The notes under the pieces: generated by a model
Databases searched by the model: none
Told to the model about the DNA's origin: nothing
Seen by the model: only the letters and a program-made list of their open reading frames with translations
Program-made: the position numbers and the translations under genes
NCBI GenBank assembly: GCA_964016885.1
Contig: OZ024749.1
Location: 35,650,001-35,714,000 of the forward strand
Source of the DNA: Eledone cirrhosa
Taxonomy: Eukaryota
Reading direction: 5' to 3'
Length of the DNA: 64,000 bases
Shown: in pieces, positions 1 through 13,018 of the stretch
Layout of the letters: each line of letters starts with the position of its first letter
Position numbering within the stretch: the stretch's first letter is position 1

Positions 1-320
1 GCCTAAAGTAGAAACAATTATTTTGACAGCATAGGTTTCTAATTAAAAACAAAACAAAACAAAACAAACAAACAAAATAAACATTAGTTATATCTGCCTG
101 AAGTTTACTTTAAGATCTTTGAAGAAAAAGAATAGTTTAAGGGTTTATGTAAAATATTAATTACAAGAGAGAGAGAGAGAGAGAGAGGAAGATAGCAATG
201 GCTATATAAATGTAAGTTGATAGTGATAGGTGAATAGAGATAGAGAGGTAGATAGATAATGGGATAGATAGATAGATATTTAGATAGATTTCTTGATAGA
301 TTGCTTGATAGATAGATATA

Positions 321-965
321 TTTTTTTATTTGCCACAAGGGCGCACAAGAAAAGGGGACAATACAAAGACACATGCTGGGGATTTTACATACAGTCATGT
401 AAAAATATTGAAACAAACAATTATAACAATCGAAATCCCCAATAGGGGGGAGGCGCCAGAAATGGGTTGTTTAATACCCCATTGATAGAACGACCCTCAA
501 CTTCAGGAGCGTGTTGTGCAAGTGCCCCCTTCTTCCTTTTGCTCTCTTCTTTAACCTACAGGCTTATAAACAGAGAAGGCCCAATCACTCGGGTCATTTT
601 CACTTCATTCACCCACCTTTCAGTAAATTTACTGGGGTGCAGTGCCTCTCTCTCCACTCTGATTCTTCTTCTAATGTGGTACTTAAAGAAGGGAATCAAT
701 TGTTGTCCGGAGAGAAAGACATCTGTCCTCAGTCCTCTCAATCTCGTCCACCATATAACCTCTTTCACCATAGCCACTGTACAGAGGAAAACCGCCTCTC
801 TTTCATTTTTGAAAGAGGCTGGTGGTTTGATCCTAACTATGGAATCGGCAGTCAACTGGATTTGTCCCATACATGACAGCAGTTGTTCTGCATAGTTCCA
901 CAGGTCGCTTACGCCCAGGCAGAGTACAATTGCGTGCAAGACGGTTTCAATGTCCTGCTCGCATA
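321..965 (-). mobile_element. Tx1/L1-like LINE, 5'-truncated (ORF2 C-terminus plus 3' UTR)
   Basis: ORF 556-1044(-) reads CEQDIETVLHAIVLC...LW, the tail of a CCHC zinc knuckle of L1/Tx1 ORF2; homologous to 35613-36752; 3' end gtggcaaataaaaaaa; flanked by (GATA)n. Confidence 0.8.
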
Positions 966-998
966 GATTGTTAGATAGACAGACAGATAGATAGATAT

Positions 999-1400
999 GT
1001 TTCTTTATTAGCCACAGGGGCACAAAAGAAGGAGACAAATACAAAGGGGGAAGTTTACATTCAATAAAAACGTGTAAAATATTATCACAAATGCAATTTA
1101 AAAGTTAATCGATTTTCCCCAATAGGGGGAGACATTTCATATGGGTAACACATACTCCCGAAAAAATGTGCAACCCTCATCTCCAGGAGTACGAAGAGTT
1201 TGTACTCCTTTCCTCTCTTCCTCTTTTTCCTCAACCTACAGGCTGATATAGAGAGAAGGCCCATTCACTCGGGCCATTCTCGCCACTTTCACCCACCTTT
1301 CATAAAACTTGCTGTGGTACAGCACCTCTCTCTCCATCCTGATTCTTCTTCGAAAGTGGTATTTGAAAAAAAGAATCAGTTGTTGGCCGGAGAGAAAGGT
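999..1400 (-). mobile_element. Second Tx1/L1-like 3' fragment
   Basis: Shares FFKYHFRRRIRMEREVL-type sequence and 3' UTR with 321-965 and 36380-36750; bounded by (GATA)n. Confidence 0.75.
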
Positions 1401-1544
1401 AGATAGATAGATTTCTAGATAGAGGTATAGATAGATAGATAGAGACAGATTACTAGATAGATTAAGTTCGATTTAAAGAAAGTGAAGGATGAATAAAGTA
1501 AAATGATTGAAACAAAAGAATGAAGGAATTAGAAAGAATATGTG

Positions 1545-2030
1545 AATGAAGATGTATGTGTGTATGTATGTGTGTATGTTTGTATGTGTGTATGTATGTG
1601 TGTATGTTTGTATGTGTCTGTCTGTATGTTTGTTGTATGTGTGTATGTATGTATGTGTGTATGTTTGTATGTGTCTGTCGGTATGGTTGTATGTATGTGT
1701 GTATGTATTTATGTGTGTATGTGTATTTGTTTGTATGTGTGTGTTTGTATGTGTTTGCATGTGTGTGTGTGTTTATATGCATTTTGTGTCTGTGCGTGTA
1801 TTTGTTTGTGTGTATGTTTATGTATGCATGTGTTTGTATGTGCATGTGTTTGTGTATATATATATATATATATGTTTGTGTGTGTATGTGTGTGTGTACA
1901 GTATGCAATAAAAAGGAGAGGGTGAGAGTGAATGTGTATGTGTGTGCGTGAGAGAGAGAGAAAGAAAGACTGATACTGAGTGAGAGAGATAGTGAGAGAG
2001 AAAGGGAGAGGGACAGAGTGAGCATGAAAG
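1545..2030. repeat. Degenerate (TGTA/TG)n and (GA)n microsatellite
   Basis: Direct reading. Confidence 0.9.
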
Positions 2031-2127
2031 ATATAGAAATAAACAGAGTGAAAGTGAAAAAGAGGAAGAGAGTGGAGGGGGGGGGGTATAGTGCATTAGG
2101 CTAAATTCTGAAATCTCAGGACAGTGT

Positions 2128-2219
2128 GTTACCATGGTAACCTGAGAAGAAGACATGACGTCAAATGTCCACCATATAGCAATGTTGACAGCAGCGCCAT
2201 CTTACATAAGAACGGAAGT
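2128..2219. promoter_or_regulatory. Candidate promoter/enhancer motif cluster (RFX X-box, CRE, YY1, ETS)
   Basis: GTTACCATGGTAAC 2128-2141, TGACGTCA 2156-2163, CGCCATCTT 2195-2203, CGGAAGT 2213-2219 in non-repetitive DNA. Confidence 0.35.
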
Positions 2220-2414
2220 TTCTGTTTTGTTGACTCCAAATGAATCATAAATAAAATAGAAAAAGAACAAACAAACAAAAACAGATTCGATTTCAGTAGA
2301 AAGAAACTGTCATTTACTTCCAGAACATTCCACTATATTTTGGAATATTCCATTATAGGTGCAGGTATGGCTGGGTGGTGAAGGAATTCACTTTGTAACC
2401 ACATTGTTTATATA

Positions 2415-2700
2415 TAGTTCAAGATAAACAAGACAAACTCAGAAATACTATAACACAAAGTCTTATTAGTTTCATGCTTGTTGGCAAAGGTAAAAGATTG
2501 TTTTAACATATTGGATGTTAGTCCTTCATCATGAAAGAGCAAAGTTTGGAGAAAGGGGAGGCTGGAAGATGCACCATAGCCGAAGAGGAAAAAGGCAAGG
2601 AGATGAAAACAAGAGGGAGATCAAAGAAAAAGTGTGTGAGTGTGTGTGAGGTAGAAAATTAGTGCAGTGAAAGATCTGTTCAAATAGTTAATTAGTAAGT
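2415..2700 (-). mobile_element. Possible highly decayed Penelope-like pLTR remnant
   Basis: Minus strand tgatgaaggactaacatcc...gaaactaata resembles 33218-33330(+); ribozyme core degenerate. Confidence 0.3.
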
Positions 2701-2929
2701 AATGCTAATTATTACAGGTGCTACTGGCTTAAAAAAATCAATGTTTTTATGTAAATTGGATAGTCAGGATTAAAAGTATGGATTAAAGTGGCTGATGTAC
2801 ATATTCCAATACTAGTCTCCATTGCATATGACAGGCAAATTGATCCTAGAATCCAGCTGATTGTAACCAATTAAAGCTCCGAGCTGGTCATTTGTGAAAC
2901 TTTTGTTTTCAATATGCCCCAATCAATGT

Positions 2930-3460
2930 GCAAAGTATGGATGAACTGAGAGAAAAACTGGGTATAAGAGGAATAAGATGTAGTGTGCAATAGAGAAGAC
3001 TGCACTGATATGAATGTGTTATATGTGTAGATGAGCGGTGAATTGGCAGTATCGCTAGAGGGTTGGACGCCATGCTTTCTAGTATAGTTACGTCCCTTTA
3101 CAGTCTGAGTTCAAATCCCGCCGAGGTTAACTTTGCCTTTCATCCCTACGGGGTCGATAAAATAAAGTACCAGTAATGTACTGGGTAATTGCTGGCCTTG
3201 TGCCTAAAGTAGAAACAGTTATATGTGTAGATGATGGCCATTGGATGAAGAAGTGCCAAGAAATTCCAATAGAAGTTAAGTTGCAATGAAAAGAAACCAA
3301 GGAAATCTGGACAGAAGTTGTGGGAGCTAATCATAAATTACTGGAGCTCACAGTGGAGATGATGACAGACCAGAGTGAGTAGAGGCATGCTGTGCTGAAT
3401 AATACTTGTCCAACCCACACAAGCATGGAAATGCTGATATGAAACGATGTTGATGATGAT
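2930..3460 (+). mobile_element. Decayed RTE LINE 3' end, interrupted by a SINE
   Basis: Similar to 21960-22293 (ELREKLGIRGI; caacccacacaagcatgg; (GAT)n tail). Confidence 0.7.
3035..3217 (+). mobile_element. SINE family A with 17-bp TSD
   Basis: B-box-like gagttcaaatccc; conserved gcctttcatccctacggggtcgataaaataaagtacc domain; TSD gttatatgtgtagatga at 3018-3034 and 3218-3234. Confidence 0.9.
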
Positions 3461-4666
3461 AAACACTTCAAAATAAACAGCTCAGTAGTATAGAACCAAG
3501 GGCTGTTTTAGGTGGTTTGGTAAGAAAAAGATTAACCAAAGGAATGAAATACTTTGTGATTGAAAAACATTATTTGACATTTGTGAAATAACAGAACAAT
3601 CTTAAGGGTTTTTTTTTCTACTGGAAGTCTGCTGCATTAAAGTTATTTAGGTTTAGAGTTATCTACAATGCAATTAATGCAACATGTGTGCATTTGGTTG
3701 CTTATCAAAGACCAATGCCTACAGCTTTTCATGATATGAAGAATCTAACACTAGAAATTGTCTCAACGAGGAATCAATACGTTGGTGTCAAGTAAAATTG
3801 GTTGATATTCTATGTTGTTTACTGTAAATGTAGCATAACTGAATGGTTAAGAAGTTTAATCTATCCGAGAAGTTTACAATCCTTAGGTCCAGGGTTGGAT
3901 AGCACATTGTGCAAATTTAGATAAATATTATTTACCACAATCACAGATTAATCTAAGCCTCAAAAGCTGTTTTGAAGCCCATTGGGGGCCCTGTACTTGT
4001 AATTCATCAGGCTAACTTCATCATACATAATTTCATGCTAAATCTCCTTGAGAATTAGATTAAATGTACACATGTCTGTGGAATACTCAGTCACAAATTC
4101 ATTCATAAGCAGGCTGTTTAATTTTTCAAACAATTGGTTAGCACACTCATTCCTTTCCAAAATTATGACTCTTCTAAAAATTTTCTTGCCATTTTTAGAA
4201 GAATTGTAATCTCCAGTGTTCAAAACATAATTTATCCCCACTCCACCAAGGGGTAAAACAACAGCAAATATTTTTTTACTTGACATTTTGAAGAAATATA
4301 AATATAATCCTCGATGTTTAAAATATAATTTAACAAACAGAAATCAATTTTTTTTAAAAATTGATCAGTGTCAATTTTGATTTTTGAAAACTTTTTGTTT
4401 CAAACCTTGACCTTGTTCAACCCTGCATCGAGCAAACCTATGATTAAAATCAATTGTCAATCCTTCCAGCGCTAAGCGACTTTGGGAGCTAAAGCCCCTC
4501 CCATAATTTGTTTCAATATCATTATGCTTTGGGTTTTTTACTACTATGCTTTGGGTTTTTTACTACACTGATTGACTCTAAATATGTTAGTAAGATCATG
4601 TTCTTAATTTCCTTCTTAGTCGTGTATTGGATATAAAAAAGTGTGAGCTAATAATAGTACACATGT

Positions 4667-4717
<51 letters not shown>

Positions 4718-6276
4718 TTAAGCTCCTCCAATCCCAAAACTGTAATAGAAGCTCTGATCATACCAGGATGGTCTTATTTTTTAAAGTATATCTAGGACTG
4801 CAATCATAATATGTCCTTCCACTTTTTCAAAACAGTAGAGCATGATTTAGTGGAAAGGCAGATTTAATGTTGTTTCTAACAGGTTGAGAAGCCATGTAAG
4901 CAACTTCTCTATCAACTCTAGAAAAACTCCAGTAATATTGTTTTGCCAACAGTCTATTGATTTTTCTAAATTATTTAAAAGAAAATGCTATACCTGGCTC
5001 TCGAAATTTCTCAGTAAAGAATCTATAAACAAGGTTCTACTGTACATAGATTGTGCTTTTGAGCATGATGCTTCGTTTTATGTAGCTTTTCATGACAAGA
5101 TCCTTATCATTAAAACACCTGAGAAACATCCATTGAGATGCAACTTGATATGAGTCTAGCTAGACCTGTATGTTTAAAAGATTCTATCAACATCTAGTAC
5201 GTTACATCACTATGATTGTATCACATTAAAAATTATAGTCTTTAGTTTAGTTTACAATGTAAAAATACTGTAACCTTTTTGATACTAAACCACCTAAAAT
5301 TGGCCTTGGTTCAACAATACAAAGCTGTTTATTATAAACCCTTCATGAAAATTTTATTTAAGAACCTATGTTAAATTATTCTCCAAACACCAGCATCATA
5401 ATGAGGAAGTTAGTTATGCTATTAAATTCTTCCAAATTTTCAATTATTCCCCAAATGATTTGAAAACTATAAACATTGTTCTGCATTAGAAATATGGCAA
5501 CAGATTAGTTTTTAGATATTTTCTATTAATTCATTAGAGAATGTTAAGAGTTAACTCTAGAGAAATTCCAGTAATATACCTTTGTCGACAATTCTATCGA
5601 TTTTCTAAATGATGTTAAAGAAAACTGTAGGCTTGACTCTCGTGTAATTCTTCAGTAATCAGCCTATATACACTGGAGCCAGAGATTTCCAAAATCATTC
5701 AAAATGGCTGCCTGTTAAAACAACGTTTGCTTCCATGACAAATGGTCGTTGAATTTACATAATAACTGTTTTGGAAATAAGACAATTGCAGGAATAAAAT
5801 AGGCATGAACAACTGGAATAAAGTCAATCATGTTGATGCATGTAAAGAAGGCCTGTCCGTGTGTGTGTATGTATGTATGTATGTATGTATGTGTGGTGGT
5901 GGTGGTGGCGGCGGTGGTGGTGGTGGTGGTGGTGGTGGTAGCAGTGGTGGAGCATATATGTATGAGTGTTTGTGTATGTATGTTCGTGTATAAATGTATA
6001 TGTTTATATATTTACATAAATAGGTATGTATGTACGTGTGTATGTGTGAATGTATATGCGTACATGTATGGATGTGTATGTGTGTATGTAAGTATGAGTG
6101 TGTATGTAGGAAGATATGCATTTATGTATCTACACAGGTAGGTATATATGTGTAAATATGTGTGTGAATGTATGTATATGTTTGTGTCTACATAGGTATG
6201 TATGTGTGATTATATGTGTGTGTGTATCTATGTATATGTTTATTTGACAACATAGGTAAGTATATGAGTGAATATA

Positions 6277-6307
<31 letters not shown>

Positions 6308-6349
6308 ATGTATCTACATAGGTAGATATATGTGTGTATGTATGTCAAA

Positions 6350-6660
6350 GTGTATGGCTTACAGGTTATTGTCTTTTGCTCCTGATCATAGAGTCATGAG
6401 TTCGCTTTATGGTAGCACATTGTGCCCTTAAGCAAGACACTTTATTTCATGTTGCTCCAGTCCATTTAGCTGGTAAAAATGAGTTGTATGTGTAATTCAA
6501 ATAACCTGCCTTGTCAAACAACACTGGGTCATGCTGAATCTCCCTGAGAACTTGATTATCAGTGCACATGTTTGTGGAATACTCAGCAATGTACACATTA
6601 ATTTCATGAGAAAGCTGTTGTATTATTTGGAACTCTCTTTGTCAGAACCAATGGAGGTCC
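6350..6660 (+). mobile_element. Old tRNA/CORE-type SINE
   Basis: ccttaagcaagacactttatttca core; related copies near 10838, 37870-38130, 39480, 40610-41060, 46090. Confidence 0.7.
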
Positions 6661-6714
6661 AAAAACAGCAACAAAAACAACACACACACACATATATATA
6701 TATTTTTTTTTTTT

Positions 6715-7076
6715 AAAGTTAAACAAGGTTCAATGAATGAGTTTTACAATAGATTGGAAGCACTCAACAGTAAGGTCTTCCAGAGTTATTAATATTAATT
6801 CAAAATATTAACAAAATAGCTATTTTTGTGATCAAGTATATTTTATTATATATATTTCAGAGGTACTGAGTTAACTTCAACAGTACGTCCTCATCAGATA
6901 AAATAAGATGATGCATGACATACCCTGACATAGTAGATGGTTAAGATTCAGTCATGGTAGTGAGCAAAAGACAATATCTGATGAGGACGTACTGTTGAAC
7001 TTAACTCAGTACCTCTGAAATATATATAATAAAATATACTTGATCACAAAAATATCTATTTTGTTAATATTTTGAA

Positions 7077-7083
<7 letters not shown>
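6715..7083. mobile_element. Palindromic hammerhead element (Penelope-like pLTR pair with tail)
   Basis: IR arms 6792-6900 / 6975-7083; tail hairpin gcactc..gagt 6760-6786; (TA)n flank. Confidence 0.8.
6839..6905 (-). ncRNA. Type I hammerhead ribozyme
   Basis: tattttat-CTGATGA-stem II-GAAA-t-atat-a-TA-ataaaata with 8-bp stem I; mirror core at 6978-7030(+). Confidence 0.8.
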
Positions 7084-7115
<32 letters not shown>

Positions 7116-7117
<2 letters not shown>

Positions 7118-7398
7118 AAAGTCTAAAGTCTGTCTTAAGCCAGAAGGCTCATTTGGCCGGTGCTTATCCCGGTTTCATGGCGTGAACCGACTGAGAGTAC
7201 AAGACTGCCCCTGGACAGGATGCCAGTCCATCGCAGGGTTAAACCTCCAGCTATTGCTGGTACTCATTTTCAGTTGAGTATACTGGAGCAACGTGGAATG
7301 AAGTGTTTTGCTCAAGAACACAACACGCAACCCAGGAATCGAACCCACAACATTATGATCGTAAGTCCAACACCCTTACCACTAGGCCACGTGCCTCC
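7116..7398 (-). mobile_element. tRNA-derived SINE with CORE-like domain and cctgcgatggactggcatcc domain
   Basis: A box tggcctagtgg, B box ggttcgattcc, short gacttta tail repeats. Confidence 0.85.
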
Positions 7399-7477
7399 AC
7401 CATATGTATATATATATGTATGTGTGTGTATATATATGTGTGTGTATATATGTATATATATATATATATATATGTAT

Positions 7478-7740
7478 CCCAGTACAACCTGACTCATGGT
7501 CGGGTTGTTGGCGACTAAACTGGCAACCCCACCAAGGTTTCTTGGTGAGGAGGGTGACTTTGGACATCCTGCAGGAATAAAAACAAAACCTGTCAAAGGG
7601 CAAAGGAGCTCTTAAGAGTCAATGGCCATCCAAAGTCGCCGGGAGAGATGACCCCTTAGCCTTTGTCAAGGCAGAATTCTAGGAGAAGGAAAACTCTGAT
7701 ATAACACCTGCAACCCTGATGGTATCCAATGATGTTGACT
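7478..7740 (+). mobile_element. RTE LINE 5' UTR-like fragment
   Basis: ctaggagaaggaaaactctga and ggcgactaaactggcaacccc resemble RTE-clade 5' UTR motifs (from recall, not searched). Confidence 0.45.
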
Positions 7741-7751
7741 TGTTCTTCTTT

Positions 7752-8047
7752 TTGGTAAATATCATCTTGGTTAAGAGAGTGGGACTGGCTTTGTGCAGTG
7801 CCTTTGCTCACTATAAAAGCTTCACGGCACAGGCATTGCTTTATATCTGGAGATCTCTCTGCACTTGTCGTCACATGGTACCATGGGCCCAGCACTATGT
7901 GTCAATAATTGTCACAAGTGTAGTGTTTGTACCAGAGTTTTCAAGTCGCTGGCTGGACTAAGAAGTCACACTCGTTCAGCATATCGGTAGGGGTTCTGCT
8001 ACATTGATATAAAGTAGTGGCCGTACTCGAAAACGAGTTGGCAGCCA

Positions 8048-8049
<2 letters not shown>
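7752..8049. repeat. Unclassified ~300-bp dispersed repeat X, copy 1
   Basis: Near-identical to 23957-24254 and, partially, 14957-15157. Confidence 0.85.
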
Positions 8050-8087
<38 letters not shown>

Positions 8088-8093
<6 letters not shown>

Positions 8094-8188
8094 TAAAATA
8101 ACAGATTTGCTCTACGGGTCTTATACATTTGATATATATTTTCCTTATCGAGCCCTCTTTGGATTTTAGTCTTCAATTTTATTATTAT

Positions 8189-8193
<5 letters not shown>
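8088..8193. mobile_element. Minimal member of palindromic family g (short arm plus tail)
   Basis: Ends match 29561-29836 and 58857-59079; flanked by (TA)n. Confidence 0.75.
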
Positions 8194-8234
<41 letters not shown>

Positions 8235-8262
8235 TGCATCTACATACAAACACTACACACAC

Positions 8263-8305
<43 letters not shown>

Positions 8306-8429
8306 ATGTTTGTATGTAGATGCAGTGTGTGTGTGTAGAGACTATTTGCAGTGTGTGCGTGTATACTGGAAATTTCCAAATTGTCGCCAAACATCTTCAT
8401 ATAAACCAATCTTTTTTCACACGCACTTC

Positions 8430-9635
8430 AACCCCCACATACACACACCACACACACATATATACACATGCCTCACACACACGTATACGCACATGAATCA
8501 CACACAAATATCACACATCACACACACATATATACACATGCCTCACACACACCACACACACGTATACATGCACACACACACACATATACACACATGCCTC
8601 ACACATGCATATCACACATCACACACACATATATACACATGCCTCACACACACCACACACACGTATACACGCACACACACACATATACACACATGCCTCA
8701 CACACACATATCACACATCACACACACATATATACACATGCCTCACACATATACACACGTATACACGCACACACACGTATACACACATGCCTCACACACA
8801 CATATCACACATCACACACACATATATACACATACCTCACACACACACATCACACAGACACATATACACACATGCCTCACACACGCATATCACACATCAC
8901 ACACACATACCTCACACACATCACACACACACACATATACACACATGCCTCACACACACATATCACACATCACACACACATATATACACATACCTCACAC
9001 ACACCTATACACACATACCTATACACACATACACACATATCACACAACACACACACACGTATATACACTCATATCTCACACACACACATACACACATATA
9101 CACACACATACCTCACATACACCACACACATATATCATACACCACACATATATCATACTCACATACACATACATATATCACACATCACACACATACTGCA
9201 CACATGCACACCACACACACATATACTCATGTTACACATCACACACATATTGCACATATCATACACACACACACATACACATACTGCACACATACACATA
9301 CTGCACACATACACATACTGTACACATACTGCACACATACATACATACACATACTGCACACATACATACACATACACATACTGCACACATACATACATAC
9401 ACATACATACATATACTGCACACACACACATACATATACTGCACACACACATACATACACATACTGCACACACACATACATACACATACTGCACACTAAC
9501 ATACATACACATACTGCACACTAACACACATACACATACTGCACACTAACACACATACACATACTGCACATATACACACATACACATACTGCACACATAC
9601 ATACACACACACATACACACATACACACACACCAC
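8430..9635. repeat. CA-rich complex minisatellite
   Basis: Recurring catgcctcacacac and catactgcacac units; source of the His/Thr ORFs. Confidence 0.9.
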
Positions 9636-11489
9636 ATTGTTTTTATATTTCTTCCATGAGCTTCACATCATTTTCCTTTATTTTACTTCTTTCTTCCTCC
9701 CCCTCTTCCTCCCCCTCTCCCTCTCCCTCCTCCCTCTCTATCTATCTATTTATCTTTCTCTTTACACCCTATTTACTACTTATCACATTTCTTTTCTTTC
9801 CCTCTTTATATCCTCTCTCTGTTTATCTATTGCACCCTCTCTCTCTATATATCTGTTGCTTACTTCTCTCTATATCCTCCCCATCTCTCTCTCTCCTCTT
9901 TCCCCTACTGTCTTTACAACCCTATTTATCACATTCCCTTTCTTTCTCCTATTCTATCCCCCCCACCACACCTCTCCCCTATTTCCCACCCCACCCACCA
10001 ATCACACTCTCTCCCTCTTTCCCTTCCTCCACTTTCACTGCACCTGTAAATTATCTATATTCCAGTTCACACATTTCTATTTTATCCTCATCCTTCTCCA
10101 CCCCCCCCCTCCTCCTCCTGTCAGTCTTTTTTCTCTATCTTGTCTATCTTTCTCCCCCTACCCTCTCTCTCTCTCTCTCTCTCTCTCATATTTCACCATT
10201 ATAATCTCTAACATTAATATGTTATGGGCAGTAAAGTGTGAAACAATTTGTGATAAAACAAAAAAGGGACATTATTAAATCCTTTGTTAAGATATTTCCA
10301 ATGAAAGACATTGTCTATAGTTTTCAAATAATTCTTGAAAATAATCAAGAATTTGGAGGGGTTTAGTAATGTAATTGACTTTCTAATCATTAAGATGGTG
10401 ATTAGAACATACAACTATGACAAGGTTTTTAGATAAAGATATACTTTAAAGTATACAGTTGTGTTATAGAAGCAAGAGCAGTTTAAGGCAATTTCTTATC
10501 AAAAAAAGGTTAAGTTAGTTGGAAAACATAGATGTGCTTGTGTGTATGAAATGAGTTCTGAGTTTTGAGGACAAACAGATAGAGGAATGCAAGAATGAAA
10601 GATCGAAGGGATGAAGGAATGGAGGAATGAAGGAACAAGGAGAATAACAGTATCGATTTCTTAACTACACACAACAATATTGCAACAGAATGCCATAAAG
10701 ACAAAAGTGTGAAGGAAAATATGTAGGATTTACTTTTTTTTTTCATCTATCCCCGATGACAGTCACGCAGTAAATGAGGTCACTTGAAATAATTACTTGG
10801 AAGCAAAGCATAATATATTTATTATATGTGTAGAAAGCATGTAGCTTAATGGTTAAGGTGTTCTGCTTATGATCATTAGGTTGTGAGTTCGATTCCCTAT
10901 GGCACATTGTGTATCTGAGAAAGACACTTTATTTCACTTTGCTCAAATCCACTCATTTAGCAAACATTGAGTTTTAGCTGTAACGCAAAGTACCAAACTT
11001 GTCATGCTCTGTGGCACACTGAATTTCCTAGAGAACCACATTAGGGATACATGTCTGCAGAATGCTCAGTCACTTGCACATTAACTTCCCAAGCAAGTTG
11101 TCCTGTTGCTTGGAAAACTGGAAAATGGAGTTAACATACAATTGAAAATAGACCCACATCATCATAATTGATGTGAGTTTATTTAATTTAATACAACTTT
11201 TACATTCTATAAAATGCTCTGCCACAACCACCCCCACACACATGATTAAACAGATATCAAATAAGAACCACATCACCTGGAACTACTCCTCGTTCTATGA
11301 TGCAAAAGTATATATCATAAAATGCTTATATTTTATCTAAAACCCTTCTGTAGAGCATTACTGTTAGCTTCTAGAGACAAACTGTTGATGGAAGAGACTT
11401 TACTGTGGACTGGTTATTGAACTGGTCAGATGCAATAAACAATAGCTCAACATTTGTTGTTATTTCACATATAGCTTAACTAAAGCTAT

Positions 11490-11860
11490 ACTTCCATCAT
11501 AATTTTTATGTAAAAACCTTTGTTAAGTAAGGTTCCAAACATCAACTTTATAATGATAAAGCCAGCTGTATTACTAAATCTCTCCAAATTTTTGGTAATT
11601 TTCAAAATTATTTGAAAACCATAGGCAGTGTATTTTATTAGAAATATGGTAATGAAAGGGTTAAGGCTTTATATTTAACTAAAAACCTTCCATCATAATT
11701 TCATGTAAGAAGCTTTGTTGAGTTATGTTCCAAACACAAACTTTATAATGATAATGTTAGCTGTATTACTAAATCCTTCCAAATTCTTGAATATTTTCAA
11801 AATGATTTGAAAATTATAGGCAGTGTATTTGATTAGAAATGTGGTAATGAAAGGTTTAAA
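11490..11860. mobile_element. Tandem decayed copies of a piggyBac-like MITE family
   Basis: Units end attagaaatatggtaatgaaagggttaa; related to 5270-5510 and 49535-50186. Confidence 0.55.
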
Positions 11861-12128
11861 GTGATAGAGAATATGAACCAACCCCAAAGGTATGTCCAGT
11901 ATTATAAGTTGACAGATGATTAAAACAGGGGTAGGGACTTCAGAAGGAATAACAACTGTCCTCATCTCCAATTAGATTGATTACATAGAACCCAGAACCT
12001 CCGTAATATTATCAAATCAATCACCCTGGCTATTTATTGATTACAAAGTGTGAGCAGTTCAATGAGAGTAGATCAATGAGAAGAGATAATGATTTCATTA
12101 GAAATAGTGAAATATTATCTCTCTCACT

Positions 12129-12202
<74 letters not shown>

Positions 12203-12884
12203 TGATGTTGTGTTATGTCATATATAATTGTTAACATATTGAAATGGCAATGGGGGGGGGGGTCAGGGGAACAGAAATATATGCATACATACACACACAT
12301 ATATATATATACATACACACACACACATATATATAGGCATACATACGCAACAACGCATATATATATACACACACACACACATATATACATACACACACAT
12401 ATATATAGGCATACATACGCACACACACATATATATACATACATACACACACACACATATATATATACATACACACACATATATATGCATACATACGCAC
12501 ACACACATATATATACATACATACACACACACACACTTATATATATATACACACACACATATATATATATATACATACACACACATATATATGCATACAT
12601 ATGCACACACACATATATATACATACATACACACACACACATATACACACACATATATATGCACACACCCATATATATATACATCCACACACACATATAT
12701 ATATACACACACACACACACATATATATATGCATACATACGCACACACACATATATATATATATATATACATACATACACATATATATATACATATATAC
12801 ACACATACATACTTACATACATATACTTCCCCTCCTCCACCACTGACCTAACTTCTGTTCCATTTTCCTTTGTATTATTTATAT

Positions 12885-12985
12885 AAAATAAAGTACCAGT
12901 AATACACTGGGTTATTGCTGGCCTTGTGCCAAAAAGTAGAAACAATTATTTAAGCAGGGGAAATGATATTGTTAGTTGCAACAAC

Positions 12986-13018
<33 letters not shown>

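Noticed and set aside
1462-2025. His/Thr/Tyr/Ile/Val/Cys-rich ORFs here and near 8.3-9.5, 12.1-12.9, 17.9-18.6, 42-44 and 50-52 kb
   Set aside because: Translations of (CA)n, (TA)n and (TG)n microsatellites, open in several frames, with no domain content.
4715-4770. Segment resembling the tail of the 62572 element (ctccaatcccaaaactgta)
   Set aside because: No arm or ribozyme and the closing stem is degenerate; possibly an orphan tail but unsupported.
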